34,758 bases of DNA from a virus (lineage: Duplodnaviria > Caudoviricetes), in IMG/VR virus record IMGVR_UViG_3300044448_006145, positions 1-34,758 of that record; one strand, 5' to 3'. The translations under genes and the position numbers were made by a program. Below, one piece after another: positions 17,382 through 26,135 of this stretch (within the stretch, counting starts at the first letter, position 1; every line of letters begins with the position of its first letter). Under the pieces are notes generated by a model. The model had not been told where the DNA came from. It saw only the letters and a list, made by a program, of their open reading frames with translations, and did no database searches.

Positions 17382-17628
17382 AGATGCTTTAGTTAAGCGC
17401 GTTAAGGCCCTTGGTGGGACTGCCGAAAAGTTCACCAGTCCAAGCAAGCGAAGCGTACCAGACAGACTGGTGACACTACCCGGTGGGAGGATTATTTTTG
17501 TTGAAGTAAAAGCTCCAGGCAAAAAGCCGACGCCTAAACAAACCTTAGATCATGGGAGGCGACGCGCGCTAGGCTGCGACGTTAGGGTGATTGATAGTTT
17601 AGGGGGTGCGCATGCTTTCCCGGAATAA
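17362..17628 (+). CDS. VRR-NUC domain nuclease
   Basis: LEKTIE..KFTSP..VPDRLV..FVEVKAPG..Q. Confidence 0.9.
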   Translation: MLEKTIEDALVKRVKALGGTAEKFTSPSKRSVPDRLVTLPGGRIIFVEVKAPGKKPTPKQTLDHGRRRALGCDVRVIDSLGGAHAFPE

Positions 17629-18952
17629 TCTACATGAATACCAAAGAAAAGCCGTTGATTTTATTATTCAAAAAAAGCGATGCGGCCTATTTTTAGATAT
17701 GGGGCTAGGTAAAACTGTCTCCACATTAACCGCCGTTTCTGATCTGCTGGATTCATTCGCCGTTTCCAGTGTGCTAATTATTGCGCCTTTACGCGTAGCT
17801 AACACTGTATGGAAACAGGAATCCGAAAACTGGAGACACTTAAAGCATTTGCGGATTACCGTTTCTACAGGGGGCGAACGCGATAGACTCGCACGATTGA
17901 ATCAGCCCGCCGATATCCATGTAATTAATCGCGAAAATATAAAATGGTTGGTTGATCTGTATGGTCAGGATTGGCCTTTTGATATGGTCGTTATTGATGA
18001 GTCAAGTTCTTTTAAGTCGCCAAAATCCCAGCGCTTTAAGTCTTTGAAATCGGTTTTACATTTAACTAACTATATGGTTTTACTAACAGGCACCCCCGCG
18101 CCCAATGGTTTATTAGATTTGTGGCCGCAAATGTATCTAATAGATTTTGGTCAGGTACTGGGGCGCACAATGACCAACTACAAAAAGCGCTTTTTTGAGT
18201 CTTCAGGTTATATGGGGTATAAGCATGAGCCACGAAAAGGAGCTGAGAAAGATATACATGAGCTGATAAGTGATCGAGTTATTTCTATGCGCGCTGAAGA
18301 TTACTTGAGTTTACCAGAAAGAATTGATTTGGTGCAAAAAGTCGATTTACCAGCCGCAACGCTTAAATCTTATGTTGATTTCGAGAAAACACTCCTAGTG
18401 GAGCTGGATAATAGTGAATTTGTTGAGGCGTCCACCGCTGCCGTATTAGCTAATAAACTTTTACAGTGGTGCAATGGTGCTGTATATATCGATGATATGA
18501 AAAACTGGCGAGAAGTTCACAAGGCCAAGCTCGATGCCTTGGCTGATATCGTTGAAGATAACGCCGGGGAAAATATCTTAGTGGCATATAACTATAAAAC
18601 AGATTTGGAGAGATTAAAAGCCAAGTTCCCCGCCGCCGTGGTACTAGACAACAACCCCGAAACAGTTAAAAAATGGAACGATGGCGACACCCCAATGTTA
18701 TTGGCCCACCCTGCCAGCGCTGGCCACGGTTTGAATTTGCAACGTGGGGGTGCCCTAGCGGTATGGTTTGGTCTTAACTGGTCTCTAGAGCTGTACCAGC
18801 AGTTTAACGCTAGACTACACCGTCAAGGCCAAACGCGACCGGTTAGAATTGTTCATATTGCAGCTAATGGTTGCCTAGATGAGCGTGTTATGGGGGTCTT
18901 ATCGGATAAAGAAGCTACACAAGATAGGTTGATAAACGCGCTAATATCGTAA
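17612..18952 (+). CDS. SNF2-like SF2 helicase
   Basis: LHEYQ, DMGLGKT, DESS, LTGTP, GHGLNLQ, QFNARLHRQGQ. Confidence 0.92.
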   Translation: MLSRNNLHEYQRKAVDFIIQKKRCGLFLDMGLGKTVSTLTAVSDLLDSFAVSSVLIIAPLRVANTVWKQESENWRHLKHLRITVSTGGERDRLARLNQPADIHVINRENIKWLVDLYGQDWPFDMVVIDESSSFKSPKSQRFKSLKSVLHLTNYMVLLTGTPAPNGLLDLWPQMYLIDFGQVLGRTMTNYKKRFFESSGYMGYKHEPRKGAEKDIHELISDRVISMRAEDYLSLPERIDLVQKVDLPAATLKSYVDFEKTLLVELDNSEFVEASTAAVLANKLLQWCNGAVYIDDMKNWREVHKAKLDALADIVEDNAGENILVAYNYKTDLERLKAKFPAAVVLDNNPETVKKWNDGDTPMLLAHPASAGHGLNLQRGGALAVWFGLNWSLELYQQFNARLHRQGQTRPVRIVHIAANGCLDERVMGVLSDKEATQDRLINALIS

Positions 18953-18976
18953 AAAAAAAATTTACTTTAAAAGGTG

Positions 18977-19004
18977 TTGACATGACTGGTCATAGATGTA
19001 TAAT
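18977..19004 (+). promoter_or_regulatory. Strong consensus sigma70 early promoter with operator in the spacer
   Basis: TTGACA-16 nt-TATAAT; upstream A/T tract; palindrome ATGAC-TG-GTCAT at 18982-18993. Confidence 0.85.
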
Positions 19005-19040
19005 AATAACTATCGAAGCAACAATAGAGGGGATATAAAG

Positions 19041-19151
19041 ATGGAGTATACAACAGTTGAAGAAAATGGAATGTTGCGAATTGTAGCAATAAAAGACTTT
19101 GGTAACATTAAAGCTGGCGATAGGGGAGAACTAAAGTATGGCTATGAGTAA
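19041..19151 (+). pseudogene. 36-aa remnant resembling the N-terminus of phage hexapeptide-repeat (left-handed beta-helix) proteins
   Basis: SD GAGGGG; MEYTTVEENGMLRIVAIKDFGNIKAGDRGELKYGYE*; RIxAxKDFGxxKAGDxG motif with no repeat domain after it. Confidence 0.55.
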
Positions 19152-19365
19152 CGCCGAAAGTAAGAGGCAGGAGAGACTGAGAAAAAGGTATGCGGGACTG
19201 GTGCCCAAAGAAGTCTGGATAAAACCCAAGTGGACTACAGAACTAAGGAGAATCGAAAAGATATTTAGGGGGGATTGCGGCCAAGGTGCATCGGAGAGTT
19301 GCGCGGGTCAGCCCTCTGAACAAGTCACTTATGGGGTCGATCAAGATAGGGGGGTTGTAAAATGA
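19138..19365 (+). CDS. Small basic DNA-binding protein (DUF3018/RHH-like)
   Basis: MSNAESKRQERLRKRYAGLVPKEVWI pattern; SD GGGGAG. Confidence 0.6.
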   Translation: MAMSNAESKRQERLRKRYAGLVPKEVWIKPKWTTELRRIEKIFRGDCGQGASESCAGQPSEQVTYGVDQDRGVVK

Positions 19366-19508
19366 AGGGTGTAAAAGATTATTTCTTAGCGGGATTATGC
19401 TTAGGTTTGGCAGGTGTAATTTACATTTCTAGGGGGTTAGGGGGGTTCAAAAATGACACATCAAACGATAATCGAACACAAATTCCTACACTCAAAGGTA
19501 GTGATTGA
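19362..19508 (+). CDS. Small membrane peptide (48 aa)
   Basis: ATGA overlap, G-rich SD; MKGVKDYFLAGLCLGLAGVIYIS. Confidence 0.5.
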   Translation: MKGVKDYFLAGLCLGLAGVIYISRGLGGFKNDTSNDNRTQIPTLKGSD

Positions 19509-19629
19509 TGGTTGGTTTCATGTTGTTTTTATTGGGATTGGCCATAAATATCTAGCCAAAAAACTTAAGGGTAAGTGCGAATTGAAAAGTGAGGAGATCA
19601 TCAAGGATGAAAAAGCAAAAAATAATTGA
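19453..19629 (+). CDS. Hypothetical protein (58 aa)
   Basis: G-rich SD; MTHQTIIEHKFLHSKVVIDGWFHVVFIGIG; overlaps both neighbours. Confidence 0.45.
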   Translation: MTHQTIIEHKFLHSKVVIDGWFHVVFIGIGHKYLAKKLKGKCELKSEEIIKDEKAKNN

Positions 19630-19705
19630 TTTTTTTGGGGAGTTGTTAGTTTCTACAATAACGTTAGGATTCTTTTTAATTATAATTTTGGGGTTTTTAT
19701 CATGA
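19607..19705 (+). CDS. Small membrane peptide (32 aa)
   Basis: SD GAGGAG; MKKQKIIDFFGELLVSTITLGFFLIIILGFLS*; ATGA overlap with the next gene. Confidence 0.5.
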   Translation: MKKQKIIDFFGELLVSTITLGFFLIIILGFLS

Positions 19706-20046
19706 GCGGCTATATGAATAAATATGATTTTGACAGTGAAAAGCTATATTTTATACAAAAAGCAGATTTCATTACACATACTGAGCTGGGCCTAAGACAG
19801 CCTGATCGAGCAGAAGGGCACAAAGGTAGGTCTACGTCTGTGGCTAGGGCGATTTCGTGCGGCATGGTATTCTACAATCTTGATGCTAGCGTCACTCAAA
19901 TAGCGGCTAGTTTGGGGATTTGCTACGATACCGCGAAAAAGTCTATCAGAAAGTTTGATAGGATGTTAGAACAAGAATTGGAGGCCGAGCGTATAAATTG
20001 CGTTTGGAAAAGGATCTCACAAAGACTTAATGAGGGTGATGCGTGA
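19702..20046 (+). CDS. Stand-alone DnaA domain IV-like HTH protein
   Basis: RSTSVARA...SVTQIAASLGICYDTAKKSIRKF aligns by eye with DnaA_C RSRSVARP...SLPEIG..DHTTVLHACRKI. Confidence 0.55.
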   Translation: MSGYMNKYDFDSEKLYFIQKADFITHTELGLRQPDRAEGHKGRSTSVARAISCGMVFYNLDASVTQIAASLGICYDTAKKSIRKFDRMLEQELEAERINCVWKRISQRLNEGDA

Positions 20047-20126
20047 GTAAGTATGAGCTAGCCTTTATAGCTTTAATAGTGATAGCAATAGGGCTGAAAT
20101 TAAACATGATTTTGGGTGCGGGGTAG
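20043..20126 (+). CDS. Small membrane peptide (27 aa)
   Basis: GTGA overlap, SD GAGGG; MSKYELAFIALIVIAIGLKLNMILGAG*. Confidence 0.45.
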   Translation: MSKYELAFIALIVIAIGLKLNMILGAG

Positions 20127-20133
20127 TGTAACT

Positions 20134-20352
20134 ATGAGTAATGAACTGAAAACTAAATTTAGGGCGCGTTTGACCGCCGCGAGGGATTTTAAAAACGGGC
20201 GGGGGTGCGAACCATACAGGCATGCTAGTACTCCTTCGGCCTACGCTACATGGTATAGGGACGAGTATAATTACCTGAAAGTTGCTACCAGGTGGGTGGA
20301 CATCGAAAAGCACATTGAGGGCATAATTTCAGAAAGAAGGAAACTACTATGA
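20134..20352 (+). CDS. Hypothetical protein
   Basis: 72 aa from ATG 20134, SD GGGG. Confidence 0.65.
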   Translation: MSNELKTKFRARLTAARDFKNGRGCEPYRHASTPSAYATWYRDEYNYLKVATRWVDIEKHIEGIISERRKLL

Positions 20353-20612
20353 CAAACGACGATTTAAAAACAAATTTAATTTTAGGTAAATTTAAAACGG
20401 GCGATTCAACAAACAAACTTGAAAAAGACGGAATAACGCCCCCAGTAAGCCTTATGCATAGGGTGATATTGTGTTTAAGATCAATCACCTTGTCAATTTT
20501 AATGGTTCCCACCATGCTTACGATAGCGGTGCTTTACTCTGGATTTTGTCTTTATGAAGGTTTACGTTGCGCTATTAGCATTTTAATTAAGGGGCATTGC
20601 AATGATATTTAA
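20349..20612 (+). CDS. Hypothetical membrane protein
   Basis: 87 aa with a hydrophobic C-terminal half; ATGA overlap. Confidence 0.6.
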   Translation: MTNDDLKTNLILGKFKTGDSTNKLEKDGITPPVSLMHRVILCLRSITLSILMVPTMLTIAVLYSGFCLYEGLRCAISILIKGHCNDI

Positions 20613-21072
20613 TGAGTTTAAAAATAACGTAGAAGTTTGGGCGAACATCAGAGGTATCTATGATGAGTCTTCAGAAGCTCATCAGAAAGCCAAGGCGCTT
20701 GAGGAGGTAGGCGAATATTTCACTGCGAAAGATGCTAATGAGCGTATGGACGCCATCGGAGATATTGCTGTGTGTATTGTTAACGCGGCTTATTTATCGA
20801 GGTCCCCGTTATATTATAGGCATAGTTTAGCGGAAGGGCTTATCCCAAAAGCGGCGGCCAGCATAGCCAGAGGCAATTACCAGAACGCTATAAGTTCTCT
20901 TATAAATGTGTGCGACTCACACGAATACATTTTCTCTGAGTGCTTAGAGTTAGCATGGAATGAGATAAAAGACCGTAAAGGAATGATGATAGGTGGGAAG
21001 TATGTTAAATGGGAAAATTTAAGCCAAGGCGAACGAGCCGTGTTTAATTCTAGGTGTGCGGGTAACACCTAG
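20602..21072 (+). CDS. MazG-like nucleotide pyrophosphohydrolase
   Basis: WANIRGI, KALEEVGEY, DAIGDIAV, CLELAWNEIKDRKG. Confidence 0.85.
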   Translation: MIFNEFKNNVEVWANIRGIYDESSEAHQKAKALEEVGEYFTAKDANERMDAIGDIAVCIVNAAYLSRSPLYYRHSLAEGLIPKAAASIARGNYQNAISSLINVCDSHEYIFSECLELAWNEIKDRKGMMIGGKYVKWENLSQGERAVFNSRCAGNT

Positions 21073-21082
21073 AAACTGGTGT

Positions 21083-21115
21083 AAAAATAAGGGGCTATTA
21101 CGCCCCTTATTTTTT
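21083..21115. terminator. Bidirectional rho-independent terminator
   Basis: AAAAATAAGGGGC-TATTAC-GCCCCTTATTTTT at the convergence of the two transcription units. Confidence 0.9.
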
Positions 21116-21475
21116 GAAAATCCTACTCATTCTCACACCAAAACTAGCGCCAATGCTCATTAGCAAAGCGTATTGATACCAGTCTGGCAGGGTTGATAGC
21201 ACATGAAAGCCTGCTTGAATGTGCTTAACCCAATCACCATTAAACGCCGCTAAAAAAGGCACTGATAAAATAATAGTCCAGTACTCATCTTTCCACGAAT
21301 CCCTTGAATTTTTAGCCTGGACCTTTTCCCAGTCCGCCAAATTCTGAGCGCTATTAACTATCACTGTAGTTTCAGCTTCAGTCTTTGCCTTTTTAATTTC
21401 CTGCTTACCCTTAATCCACTCCCTGCCCAAACCCACGATTTCACTTAAAATCGGTACTTTCGGTAATTGCCACAT
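21107..21475 (-). CDS. Putative holin (3TM/GTA-holin-like)
   Basis: SWKDEYWTIILSVPF..GF..L..LPDWYQYAL...IGASFGVR; next to the endolysin. Confidence 0.7.
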   Translation of the reverse strand: MWQLPKVPILSEIVGLGREWIKGKQEIKKAKTEAETTVIVNSAQNLADWEKVQAKNSRDSWKDEYWTIILSVPFLAAFNGDWVKHIQAGFHVLSTLPDWYQYALLMSIGASFGVRMSRIFKK

Positions 21476-21566
21476 ACTACCACCTCTTTGAATTATTCCT
21501 CGGATGAGTTGGAAGATTCGCCCACTAACCTTGTTTTGGCTTACCCCATTATAAAATATTAATAGG

Positions 21567-21980
21567 CTATGATGGTTCGCCCGCTCGCCCCCAACTGATA
21601 GGGTCTACGTTTTCACCATCTTTCAAAACTTCAAAATGGTAGTGATTTGTGATTCCGGGGTATATCTCGGTAAGATCCTGTACCACGCCAATCGCGTCAC
21701 CCTTTTCAACCTCACACCCAACAGGTAACAGTGGCCGAACGTAAAAATATTTTAGCAGCGTTTCCCCTGCGATTATTTCTAATAGCCTAAAATCGCCTTT
21801 TGGGCCGGTCGGGTCATAAGGGTATCCGATGCGTTTGATTGTGCCATTGATATCTGACAAAACTACAGAGCCCGCATAGGCTGACACATCGACGCCCTTA
21901 TGAATGCGATTACCACGCTTTGCGCCGTATTCCCCAGACCCCCATTTATCAAAACCTCTTATTGGTGGGATTATTTTCAT
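21567..21980 (-). CDS. M23 family peptidase, putative endolysin
   Basis: HKGVD (HxxxD) and HYHFE (HxH) zinc motifs; VEKGDAIG. Confidence 0.85.
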   Translation of the reverse strand: MKIIPPIRGFDKWGSGEYGAKRGNRIHKGVDVSAYAGSVVLSDINGTIKRIGYPYDPTGPKGDFRLLEIIAGETLLKYFYVRPLLPVGCEVEKGDAIGVVQDLTEIYPGITNHYHFEVLKDGENVDPISWGRAGEPS

Positions 21981-22046
21981 TTAATATATCACTATATAGG
22001 TCTAATTTTAAACGCCAACCTCTGGGCTGTATGGTATACCAACGGA

Positions 22047-24032
22047 TTATGAAGGCGTATGCTCAACAGTTCCATTGAAGTTCTTCCAAGTCGCTGTTGC
22101 TCCTGAGCCGGTCGCAAAAAGAATTTTTTGCAAAGTGGTATCGAATATGACTCTTCCTTCGCCTTTGCCCGATGTATTTACGCTGTCGGTGGCATCCTGG
22201 ATCTGAGAAGAAGCCCTAAATTCCATACAAGGGGTTAGATTCCAACCGGTGTTTCCCGACCCGCTTAATTTTACATAAAGCGCCTGAAAACCACTTGGTA
22301 CTGAGCGACTATAAATAGATCCTGGTTCAGCCGTCTCAACCCCCTCGGGCGAGCCGCTTCCAACATCCCACTCAATATTACTGGTTTCATGCTTAAAAGA
22401 GCGGGCGGTGATTTCTCCGGGCAAATCAATCTGATCGCCGATACACTTCAACACGAATGAGTCATTTAAATACGTGGGGGCTGATGGAGTGTTAAAATGC
22501 ACCCCCTTGGCATTGCCATAATCTATCAATGTGGCCCCTGTGTTAGAATCAACATTATCCATCAGAAAAGCCTGAGTGTTAGCTAGCTTTATGTCCTGTA
22601 TTCCCGCACTCAGACTATACCCCACGGTAGTGGATTTCTGAATATTTCTTAGGGTGACCCGCTGCGAATTTAGCCCGCCTGCGCCCTGGTCAATTAAAAT
22701 CCCGTGACCTGTCTGGGCCGCGTTAAGGTCGTACGCTCCGACATTCTCTATAAGAATATGTTTAGCGCCCTTTGCGCATATCATGCCGCCGTTGGTCAGC
22801 TCAAAAGTAATATTCTGGAAAGAAATGTTAGTAACAAAAGATGACGCGCTAGTGGTATCGATATAAAAAAACTGCTTTGTACCATTCGAGTTATCAGCCC
22901 TTATATCCTTAAAAGCCCATCCGTTAATTACCTCTGATGACTGAACAAACCATGGGTGTACGGTCGCCCCAACTGCCGCCACAAGATGGCAGTTTTCAAC
23001 TATGCCGCCCCCGCTGTAAGAAACAACCTGGTTCCATATAGATTTGCCAGTGTTTTTGTTCTCCAACTTGCAGTTCTCTATCTTCCACATTGAGTTCCCA
23101 CCGGCAAAGTTCATATTAAAACAGTGGCCGCCGCCTACCTCCGATTTAATATACAACTCCGAAAAGTGAAAGAAAGTAGCGTCATTTGAATCGCCCACAT
23201 CAAATAAATCATCACTCGCGCCCTCTATAACAGAAAAACGCCTTGACACACCTGAAAACTGTAGCGACTTATTAAAATCGAGCTTTAGGGTGGAGTTTAT
23301 TCTGTATGTACCTTTACCGAATCGGACGTGTAAACCCGTATTGATAGCGGACTGAATGGCTGCGGAATCGTCACTAGCCCCGTCCATAACGGCACCGAAT
23401 AGCTGCGGTGCAACAGGAACAGAATAGAGGATATTCTCAAGATCGTATATACTGCCTATATCGCTTTGTAAATGCGAGACGGTCGCCGAACCTATAGCCT
23501 TATCTATCGTAGTGCTCAGCCCAGTATAAACAGCACTTAAAGACCCGCTCAAACTTCCAGAATCAAGACTGACAGTAACCGTTGTTAAGGTTGTGAAAAC
23601 GCTAGCAGTTACAATGCCATAAAGCGTAGAAGAATCGTCAAACTTAAGCCTAGTGCCGACTGTGAGCGTGCTTGTTTGATCTCCGACCAAGGTGAAAGTG
23701 GTTGCACTGGTTTGAGTCGGAGCCCCTGAGAATAACACCCATGCATCACCACCAATGAAATCTGTTACGTTGTCAGCTTCCCAGATCTGAACGTTGTTCT
23801 TATCTTTCAATACCGCACGATATGCACCAACTAGATATATCTCTCCGAACAGCCCGTTAGCATCAGCGACCACTGGGTTGGCGTTCGGGGTTGTGGCCGT
23901 TTTATCAGAATAAGTATTTTTCGGGTCTGTATCAAATGGTAGGCCGCTCTCGGAAAAGAATAGTTTAGCCCCGTCGAAAGGCTTTATGCCTGCGCCAACG
24001 TCTGCTAGTGGTAAAATGAAACGCTCAGCCAT
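22047..24032 (-). CDS. Tailspike / receptor-binding depolymerase
   Basis: P22 head-binding-like N-terminus (NPVVADANG); FGAVMDGASDDSAAIQSAI beta-helix start; C-terminal GSPEGV..GS.Y..LYVK.SG.GNTGW module. Confidence 0.85.
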   Translation of the reverse strand: MAERFILPLADVGAGIKPFDGAKLFFSESGLPFDTDPKNTYSDKTATTPNANPVVADANGLFGEIYLVGAYRAVLKDKNNVQIWEADNVTDFIGGDAWVLFSGAPTQTSATTFTLVGDQTSTLTVGTRLKFDDSSTLYGIVTASVFTTLTTVTVSLDSGSLSGSLSAVYTGLSTTIDKAIGSATVSHLQSDIGSIYDLENILYSVPVAPQLFGAVMDGASDDSAAIQSAINTGLHVRFGKGTYRINSTLKLDFNKSLQFSGVSRRFSVIEGASDDLFDVGDSNDATFFHFSELYIKSEVGGGHCFNMNFAGGNSMWKIENCKLENKNTGKSIWNQVVSYSGGGIVENCHLVAAVGATVHPWFVQSSEVINGWAFKDIRADNSNGTKQFFYIDTTSASSFVTNISFQNITFELTNGGMICAKGAKHILIENVGAYDLNAAQTGHGILIDQGAGGLNSQRVTLRNIQKSTTVGYSLSAGIQDIKLANTQAFLMDNVDSNTGATLIDYGNAKGVHFNTPSAPTYLNDSFVLKCIGDQIDLPGEITARSFKHETSNIEWDVGSGSPEGVETAEPGSIYSRSVPSGFQALYVKLSGSGNTGWNLTPCMEFRASSQIQDATDSVNTSGKGEGRVIFDTTLQKILFATGSGATATWKNFNGTVEHTPS

Positions 24033-24034
24033 TA

Positions 24035-26134
24035 TTACTCCTCAACTCGTATTGCTTGGATGGTCTGTGGTGGAACTCTTAACCTAGTCCCTCTTCTAAC
24101 CCTCTTTCTTGGTAGCTTCAAAAGTAGCTTACTTTGCCTAAATTCGCTTAGACTGTCAATTATAGGCCCGAGGATTGGAAACCTAGTTTTAGCCTGGTTG
24201 ATCGCTTGGGCAGAAGGGCCTTTACCAGCAAAGGTGGCGGGTGGTGGCTCCCTTAGTCTAGCGATTTCCTTCATTCGGTTAAAAAAGTCCCTTTCTTCTT
24301 TGTTGAATAAAACGTTAACCTTCCCGCTTAATTTATCGAGCGCTTTTTCTAATCCTGCCCGACTTAATGATTTGGTCTCCCCGTCTGCTCTAAGGGGGCC
24401 TGTGAATGCTCTAACTCTCATTTCATCAACGGTTTGAGCCCTTAAGTCATTCCATGCCTGGGAACCTGAGTCAGTTTGATTCAAGTAAAGCTTGAGCTGA
24501 TTAATATCTTCTGGTCGCCATTTTTTCGAAAAAACAACATCGTTTACAAAGTCATCTGGAGAGACTTTATTCTCAAGCATATCTCTTACAAGATTAGCTT
24601 GTCTTTTATCAAACTTACTTATCTTCGCTCTTGATAGCCCTTTTTCAAAATCAGATTTAGCCGACCTCGCCCGTTCGAATATATCTTCTCCTCTCGCTTT
24701 AAATACATCGTTATCAAGTCGATCTTTTAAAAGCCTTGATAACTGTCTCCCTCTATCAGTCAGCGAGTCATGCAGGGCGTTAATATCTTTTCTAACCTGT
24801 TCAGCAACGTCTACAGATATCCTCCCGACAACCTTACCTTTTCCATCTATAATACCCCTTTGTCTCAGATTGCTTCTAACAGACGATATTAGACCGCCTG
24901 ACGCTCTCTCTTCGCCGGCCATTTGCCTTAACCTTTGAGATAAACCCTCTAATCTAATATCCTTTTCGCCGGGCGAAACTGATCTGGCCTGTTTGTAAAG
25001 ATTGGATATTTGTTGATCAAGATCTATGGATCTATTTAATACCTCATCTATTGGCGTTGAAGTAGAAGTTATAATATTGCCCTGTGTATCTGTCGCCCTC
25101 TGCTCAAAAGCGCCCTGTAATCTCGCTTCTTGCTGCTCCAGTCTGGCCCTAACCGGCCCGCTAGCCTTTGCTAGTTCTTGTTGTTGCTGAAACTCGGTCG
25201 CCTCTCTTGTAATCTGCGGTCGCGTTGGTTCTAGCCCTTCAGCTTGCAACAACTCACGCCTTGCGGCCTGCTCGGCTGTTTCTTCTGCTCCTCGAACAAC
25301 CCTTGCCGCACCCCTACCAACCGCCTGTACAATAGGTTGGGCAACCTCGCCAGCAGCCCCAAGACTACCAGCTAATGCTACATCCTCAGGGTCGAATTCA
25401 CCGCCAGTAGCCTCTTGAACCTTCTGAATGCCAGCCTCTGTGGCAGCTGCGCCAGCCCCTCCGGCCAAAACCCTAACCCCAGTGGGGGCGGCTACCTCTC
25501 TTCCTATAAGTGCGCCAACAGCTGAAGGGGCCGCAACAGCACCCCTTGCAGCAGGAGTGAAAGCAGCGACAACACCTAATCCTTGAAGAACATCAATACC
25601 AGTTAGGCCAGGCTTGTTTATTTCTACAGCAGCCCCAGTCTCATTATTCACAGCGATCTGTCTTCCTTCAGGAGTGGTTGCTATACCAATCTGAGGGAAT
25701 TGCGTTTTCAAAATTTGTCCAAACTCTACAGGGTCAAAAGTAGTTAGGGTTGCCAAGGCGGGGGGAAGACCCTCCAAGCCTTCGGCGCCAGTCAAGCCTG
25801 ATATCCCCGCCTCACTTATCTCTGGGATTCTTTCGAACCTCAACTTTTCAACAGACTCAAACTGAGACTCAGGCAAATCTTGGGCCGATATTTCGCCGGC
25901 CTCTATTCTTGATAAAAGCTGTTCCGCCTCGGTTACCCTTTCTCGTCTTCGCTGTGCGGCACCACGTCTACCGCCAACCCTTTCGCGAGTCTCTACCGCA
26001 ACCCCTGTTTTAGGTCCGCCAACCGATTCCGGTATTACAAGGTTTGAAGCACGCCTCTCTATGGGCTCTACCGGTTGATCAGGAGTTACATCTTCCCCAG
26101 TGCCGCCAACTGATTTGGGTATGATTAATGCCAT
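24035..26134 (-). CDS. DNA ejection protein (P22 gp16 position)
   Basis: Start re-called at 26134 (SD GAGG); A/G-rich hydrophobic patch followed by helical domains; synteny. Confidence 0.75.
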   Translation of the reverse strand: MALIIPKSVGGTGEDVTPDQPVEPIERRASNLVIPESVGGPKTGVAVETRERVGGRRGAAQRRRERVTEAEQLLSRIEAGEISAQDLPESQFESVEKLRFERIPEISEAGISGLTGAEGLEGLPPALATLTTFDPVEFGQILKTQFPQIGIATTPEGRQIAVNNETGAAVEINKPGLTGIDVLQGLGVVAAFTPAARGAVAAPSAVGALIGREVAAPTGVRVLAGGAGAAATEAGIQKVQEATGGEFDPEDVALAGSLGAAGEVAQPIVQAVGRGAARVVRGAEETAEQAARRELLQAEGLEPTRPQITREATEFQQQQELAKASGPVRARLEQQEARLQGAFEQRATDTQGNIITSTSTPIDEVLNRSIDLDQQISNLYKQARSVSPGEKDIRLEGLSQRLRQMAGEERASGGLISSVRSNLRQRGIIDGKGKVVGRISVDVAEQVRKDINALHDSLTDRGRQLSRLLKDRLDNDVFKARGEDIFERARSAKSDFEKGLSRAKISKFDKRQANLVRDMLENKVSPDDFVNDVVFSKKWRPEDINQLKLYLNQTDSGSQAWNDLRAQTVDEMRVRAFTGPLRADGETKSLSRAGLEKALDKLSGKVNVLFNKEERDFFNRMKEIARLREPPPATFAGKGPSAQAINQAKTRFPILGPIIDSLSEFRQSKLLLKLPRKRVRRGTRLRVPPQTIQAIRVEE

Positions 26135-26135
26135 A

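Noticed and set aside
20134-20352. Rmf/CrpP-like fold (G..CEPY...W...Y)
   Set aside because: Similarity too weak to call by eye
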